Shown piece by piece: positions 58,234-64,000 of a DNA stretch of 64,000 bases (positions are counted from its first letter, which is position 1; every line of letters begins with the position of its first letter). The notes beneath the pieces were generated by a model. The model made no database searches. It was not told the DNA's origin and saw only the letters and a program-made list of their open reading frames with translations. The translations under genes were made by a program, and so were the position numbers. The DNA is from the human T2T-CHM13v2.0 reference genome, Homo sapiens: assembly GCF_009914755.1 (NCBI RefSeq), contig NC_060930.1; one strand, written 5' to 3'.

Positions 58234-58297
58234 CTTCAACACGAATACATTTCCATGCCTGTGTTATGTAACGGGCTAATGTTGTTTTCCCAACACC
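58234..58297 (-). CDS. AK9: AK9 exon 3 (completes P-loop GKPGVGKT)
   Basis: ttttaag|GGT...GAAG|gtaaat; 64 nt; GVGKTTLARYITQAWKCIRVE plus 1 nt. Confidence 0.95.
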
Positions 58298-59361
58298 CTT
58301 AAAAAGAAAAATGTTATTTAAAGCCCAATAGAACAGTTACTTGCCAGTGACACAGATACAGCAATTTTTAAAGATTCTATTGCTAGTTACTATTACATCA
58401 ATGTTATAATTTTTCCCATAAAAAATGAAGAATAGACCCTAGATACGTATAGTTTAGTTTTTCTTTACTAATTTTTGCATATGCCACATCTCCTAAAGTA
58501 ATATAAATAAACTTTTTAATATTAAGTACATAGCCCTAAAATCAAGAAGCTATACCATTATGGTACTGCACAATTTTAACTGTCAATTTTTATAATTTTG
58601 ATTACAAATCATTGTGATTATATTGGAGAGTCATCATTTTATTTCCTTTCTAAAGTTCATAATCATGAATGTTTTGACAGGCTTCCATTTAGTAATTTTG
58701 ATGAGCAAAAAGATCCTTTTTAACTGACATCTTTGGAAAGTATCATACTTTAAAGATAAAAGGTCGTTTTGATGAAGTAACATTTGTGTCTGGTTGCTTT
58801 CACTGTTGACTTTTTAAAACCCATTATGTTTTTAGAAACATAGTGAAAGTTGTTGAAACCATTTATTGGTACCTGTCCCAGGGTCCATGTAAAGTAAGTC
58901 AAGGATGGGATCCAGCTCTTAATCTCTGCTATTCTGGAGAGGCTCTTTAATCAACCAGCTCAGTGGCTGTCAGTAGCTTTTATCTAGAGTTTCTTACTAG
59001 AAATGTCTAGAAAAGCAAACTTTATTATAATAGCCATTTTGGTGTCTTTCTGATTTGTGGAAAGTCAACACATAGGTCCCCTAACATGCTGTAGGTAAAG
59101 CCTGAGGCATGGTGCCTCTCAGGATCTCAGATATTAACAGGAGAACCTCCTGGCTCATCTTGATGGTGTCCTATCTTCACATATCCACAGAGCCTCAAAA
59201 CAAATTGCATAGGAAGTTTCATATGCAAATCAAGTCTGAAATAACCTCAGATTACACACTACTAACAGTTGTCATGTGCAGTGTTTTGGTAAGTTAATTT
59301 CATCATAATATAAAAGCAAATTTAAATATAGTCTGGGTTCCTTCTCAATTATAACATATAA

Positions 59362-59489
59362 CATAGTATTGCGGTATATATGTACCACATCTTCTTTATC
59401 TAGTCTACCACTGATGGGCATTTAGGTTGATTCCATGTCTTTGCTGTTGTGAGTAGTGTTGCGATGAGCATATGTGTGCATGTGTGCAA
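59362..59489 (-). repeat. Inverted copy of 60815-60942 (L1-derived)
   Basis: Reverse complement matches at 123/128 positions by manual alignment. Confidence 0.92.
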
Positions 59490-59664
59490 GAGATAGTTAT
59501 GAATTTATAACCAATATTATGGCAGATTTTAAGTCATATAATAAAAGCTTATCAGACACTCAAAAAATGAGCACAATATGTGGGTTTTATTTTTATATGG
59601 TAACTTAGAAAATTGTGATTTTAAAAATAAAAAAAATTATACCAAATAATAAGAGATAACTTAC

Positions 59665-59781
59665 TGGTTTCCCAAATACAACAAAGCAAACAGGTTTGGA
59701 CAACAAAAAATTCCTTTCAGTTTCATCTTCATCAAATATATCTGCAAAAGGATACTCTTCTGTCTTCTCTTGAGAAGTCAT
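59665..59781 (-). CDS. AK9: AK9 first coding exon (exon 2), codons 1-39; the exon itself starts at 59792
   Basis: Reverse strand reads MTSQEKTEEYPFADIFDEDETERNFLLSKPVCFVVFGKP, the AK9 N-terminus as I recall it. Acceptor tattgtag lies 11 nt before the ATG; donor CCA|gtaagt. Confidence 0.96.
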
Positions 59782-60796
59782 GACACAAAATACTACAATA
59801 AAAAAGGGTAAGATTGTTAACTTGTCTAATTTGGTTGGATGAGGTGACTAGGAACAATTGAAATAACCTGTGAGTTTTCTTAGCCCAGAAGTCATTTTGT
59901 ACCATTAAACACATGAATTTTGTCAGTAATTGCAAATAAGTTTAACTCATTTATAAAAACAATAGTAAGCTCTTAATTTGAGACAAAAACAAAATCCAAC
60001 TATATGTTGTATAAAAGAGAGCTCAAAGTGTTTCTGAAAGACTAACTTGAGGAAAAAATACAGATTTGTGTGTATTATATTAAAAACCAAATTAAAGTTA
60101 AATATGTTGTACATGCACATGCAACATAGGTGCATGTATAAATTTTACCAGAAATAGAAAAGGTAATGTTGGCTAAATGTATTAGATTCATATTTTCATA
60201 TTTTAGGAAGCTTTGGTTAATTCCATGAAGAAAACTTTTCCAAAAGTAATGTCATTTTTACATTTTTTCTTTTGTAATATTTTATAAATATCTGTAAGAA
60301 CATATATTTATTTTAAAGTTGTTTTCAGAAACCTTTTGCTATTTTGATTTGCTCTTAAGCGGATTTCTAGGCACAGAAGCTTGAGTCCTCAGTATTTTAA
60401 CATGAACAGTTTTCAACTTAGTCCAACTCTTTTGGAGTCAATCAGAAACAAATAAGGTCACAACAGTTTATTTGTTTTTGAACAAAGACTGTCTCTTGTT
60501 TTCAAGCACTTGTAGACTACATATTTATGTTCATAAAATATTTATATATATCCATCGAATATTTCTATTATGTAAACAGTAAAATAGCATGAGACATATC
60601 TCTTGATCACGATAAAATAATGAAAAAAATAGTGATAAAAGTATTTTTAAAAATCCCTAATTGTTGAAAATTAAAAAGAAAAATGAAAACAATATTCTTC
60701 TAAATATTACTTGATCAATACAATTTTAAAATGGAAATAAAATATTAGCAAAATAATAGTATTATTAAATATTTAGTTAAAATGATATAGCAAAAA

Positions 60797-61294
60797 GTAA
60801 CAAGATCATGTCCTTTGCACACATGCACACATATGCTCATCACAACACTACTCACAACAGCAAAGACATGGAATCAACCTCAATGCCCATCAGTGGTAGA
60901 CTAGATAAAGAAGATGTGGTACATATATATCAGAATACTATGCAGCCATGAAAAATAAGATCATGTCCTTTGCAGCAACATGGATGAAGCTGGAAGCCAT
61001 TATCCTAAGCAAACTAATGCAAGAACAGAAAAGCAAATACTACATGTTCTCACTTATACGTGGGAACTAAACATCAAGTACACAAGGACACAAAGAATGG
61101 AACAACTGATACTAAGGTCTACTTGAGGGTAGAGGGTAGGATGAGGAAGAGGATACAAAAAACTACCTATTGGGTACTATGCTTATTATCTGAGTGATGA
61201 AATAATCTGTGCACCAAACTCCTATGACATGCAATTTACCTATATAGTAAACCTGCACATGTACCCCGAACCTAAAAGTTAAAAAATAAAATAG
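60797..61294 (+). mobile_element. 5'-truncated older L1 (L1PA15/16-like) with 16-bp TSD
   Basis: TSD aatgatatagcaaaaa at 60781-60796 and 61295-61310; 3'UTR actacctattgggtactatgc...aaacctgcacatgtacccc. Confidence 0.88.
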
Positions 61295-61739
61295 AATGAT
61301 ATAGCAAAAATATTTTTTAAAAATAGTAATTTTCTTTCAGACCAACACTAATAACAACAAAAACTCATAATTGCACAAATCTATAAAAAGGTATGAATAA
61401 TTTTAGTAAAAATGTGCATTAGTGATATATCATGTGCACTAACTATAACATTTTGCTGATGAACACTAAAGAAGAAAAAACCATAATATATTTTTGGGCG
61501 AAAGGATTTAATTTGTAAAGATATCTATTATGTTCAAATTAATACATAAAATTAAGAGTCTGTGTGTGTGTGATGTGTGTGTGAAGAGCCATGCATGCAG
61601 GAGTCCTAGCCCTGCTAAATATATACATGCCTAAAATATGATAAAGGAGGCATTTAAAATTGGTGAATAAAAAATAAATTGTTTAGAATAATTGGCTATG
61701 CATAAATAACTATCAAAGGTCAACAGAATTCTTTTCACT

Positions 61740-62655
61740 GAGTTTAAAAAAGTCAACAGGAAAAAAATATCATGATCCAATTGGAAAATGCCCAAAATAT
61801 CTGAAGAGACATTTCATCAAAGAAGATATACAGATGACAAACACATGAAAAGATGTTAAAAATCACTAGCCATTAGAGAAATGCAATTAAAATAATAATC
61901 AGATAATATTACATGTATATCAGAATGGCTAAAATAAAAAATAGTGACAACACCAGATGTTGGTGAGGATGCAGAGAAACTGGATCCCTCATACATTGCT
62001 GGTGGGAATATAAAATGGTATAGTCTGGAAAATATTTGGAAGTTTCTTAAAAAACTAAACATGCAACTACATATGACTAGCCATTGCACTTTTTGGCATT
62101 TATCTCAAAGAAAAGGAAATTAATGTTCACGTAAAAACATATACATTAATGTTCATCACAGCTTTATTCAAAATAGTCAAAAGCTGAAAACAACCCAGAT
62201 GTTCTTCAAAAGGTGAACAATTAAGCAAACTGTGGTACATCCATACCATGGAATATGATAATAATAAAAATGAATAAACTATTGATACATGCAGCAACGT
62301 GTATCAATCTCTAAAGAATTAAACAGAGCAAAACAACAACAAAAGTCAATCCCACAGTTTACATATTGTCTTATTTATGTAACATTCTTGAAATGACAAA
62401 AATATAGAAATAGAGAACAAATTAATGGTTGCCACGGGTTAGCAGGGAGTAGAGCAGAAAGGAAGTGGGTATGACTATATATGGGCAACATATGGAATGG
62501 AAACGTTCTCTATCTTGACTGTATCAATGTCAATACTATAGTTTTGCAAAATATTATCATAAGAGAAATAAAGGCACAAGATTCCTCTATATTATTTCTT
62601 ACAACTCCATGTAAATCTACAGTTATCTCAAAATGAAAAGTTTGACTAAAAAATA
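61740..62655 (+). mobile_element. L1MB/L1MC-like ORF2 end and 3'UTR
   Basis: cattagagaaatgcaattaaaa; ggtgaggatgcagagaaactggatccctcatacattgctggtggg. Confidence 0.8.
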
Positions 62656-62688
62656 TTAACTAGTTGCCGCCCCCCAAAAAAGATTAAT

Positions 62689-64000
62689 GCGGGAGGCTGG
62701 CAAGATAGCTGAATAGGAACAGCTCTGGTCTGCAGCTCCCAGCGAGATCAACACAGAAGGTGGGTGATTTCTGCATTTGCAACTGAGGTACCCAGCTCAT
62801 CTCACTGGGACTGGTTAGACAGTGGATGCAGCTCATGGAGGGTAAGCTGAAGCGGGGTGAGGCATCGCCTCACCCAGGGAGTGCAAGGGGTCGGGGAACT
62901 CCCTCCCCTAGCCAAGGGAAGCTGTGAGGGACTGTGCCATGAGGAACGGTGCACTCTGGCCCAGATACTATGCTTTTCTCACAGTCTTCACAACCCGCAG
63001 ACCAGGAGATTCCCTCTGATGCCTACGCCACCAGGGCCCTGGGTTTCAAGCACAAAATTGGGCAGCTGTTTGAGCAGACACCAAGCTAGCTGCAGGAGTT
63101 TTTTTCATATCCCAGTGGCGCCTGGAACGCCAGCGAGACAGAACTGTTCACTCCCCTGGAAAGGGGGCTGAAGCCAGGGAGCCAAGTGGTCTAGCTCAGC
63201 GGATCCCACCCCCACAGAACCCAGCAAGCTAAGATCCACTGGCTTGAAATTCTCGCTGCCAGCACCGCAGTCTGAAGTGACCTGGGATGCTGGAGCCTGG
63301 CTGGGGGAGGGGAGTCTGCCATTACTGAGGCTTGAGTAGGTGATTTTCCCCTCACAGTGTAAACAAAGCCTTGGGGAAGTTCCAACTGGGCGGAGCCCTC
63401 CTCCCACCCCCGCAGCTCAGCAAAGCCTCTGTAGCCAGACTGCCTCTCTAGATTCCTCCTCTCTAGGCAGGGTATCTCTGAAAAAAAAAGGCAGCAGCCC
63501 CAGTCAGGGGCTTATAGATAAAATTCCTATCTCCCTGGGACAGAGCACCTGGGGGAAGGGGTGGCTGTGCGCACAGCTTCAGCAGACTTAAACATCCCTG
63601 CCTGCCAGCTCTGAAGAGAGCAGGGGATCTCCTAGCACAGTGCTTGAGCTCTGCTAAGGGTCAGACTGCCTCCTGAAGTGGGTCCCTGACCCCCATGTCT
63701 CCTGACTGGGAGACACCTCCCAGCAGGGGCCGACAGACACCTCATACAGGAGAGCTCCCGCTGGCATCTGGCAGGTGCCCCTCTGGGACAAAGCTTTCAG
63801 AGGAAGGAACAGGCAGCAATTTTTGCTGTTCTACAGCCTCTGTTGGTGATACCCAGGAAAACAGAGTCTAGAGTGGACCTCCAGCAAACTCCAGCAGAAC
63901 TGTAGCAGAGGGACCTGACTGTTAGAAGGAAAACTAACAGAAAAGAATGGCATCAATATCAACAAAAAGGACGTCCACTCAGAAACCCCATCCGAAGGTC
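62689..64000 (+). mobile_element. 5'UTR of an L1PA7/8-like element, running off the window
   Basis: caagatagctgaataggaacagctctggtctgcagctcccagc start; long older-type 5'UTR reaching actgttagaaggaaaactaac. Confidence 0.9.

Overview
Human (great-ape-type) genomic DNA lying inside the AK9 gene (adenylate kinase 9, AKD1), which runs on the minus strand. I can read 12 consecutive coding exons with canonical GT-AG sites and consistent phase. They run from the ATG exon (59665-59781) to the exon at 3128-3272 and give the first 466 codons: P-loop GKPGVGKT, a Glu-rich tract, a YHS-like motif and a second P-loop GPQYSGKT. Exon numbers assume a non-coding exon 1 beyond the right edge. The rest is intron packed with L1, Alu, L2, MIR, MaLR LTRs and DNA transposon fossils; nearly all long ORFs in the track are L1 remnants, Alu read-throughs or low-complexity artefacts. 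I found no convincing new gene or new biological system. The best leads are structural: (1) an apparent gene-conversion tract shared by inverted L1 copies flanking exons 6-8; (2) a chimeric L1 nested in an older L1; (3) an intact L1 ORF0 with a GT donor pointing at exon 9; (4) a locally copied 128-bp inverted repeat bracketing the start-codon exon; (5) an AT-rich quasi-palindrome later hit by a young L1 with a short 3' transduction; (6) a 28-bp templated insertion; (7) an internally deleted L1; (8) a possible gypsy integrase fossil. Repeat subfamily names are from memory of consensus sequences and need RepeatMasker/Dfam confirmation; old-repeat boundaries are approximate.
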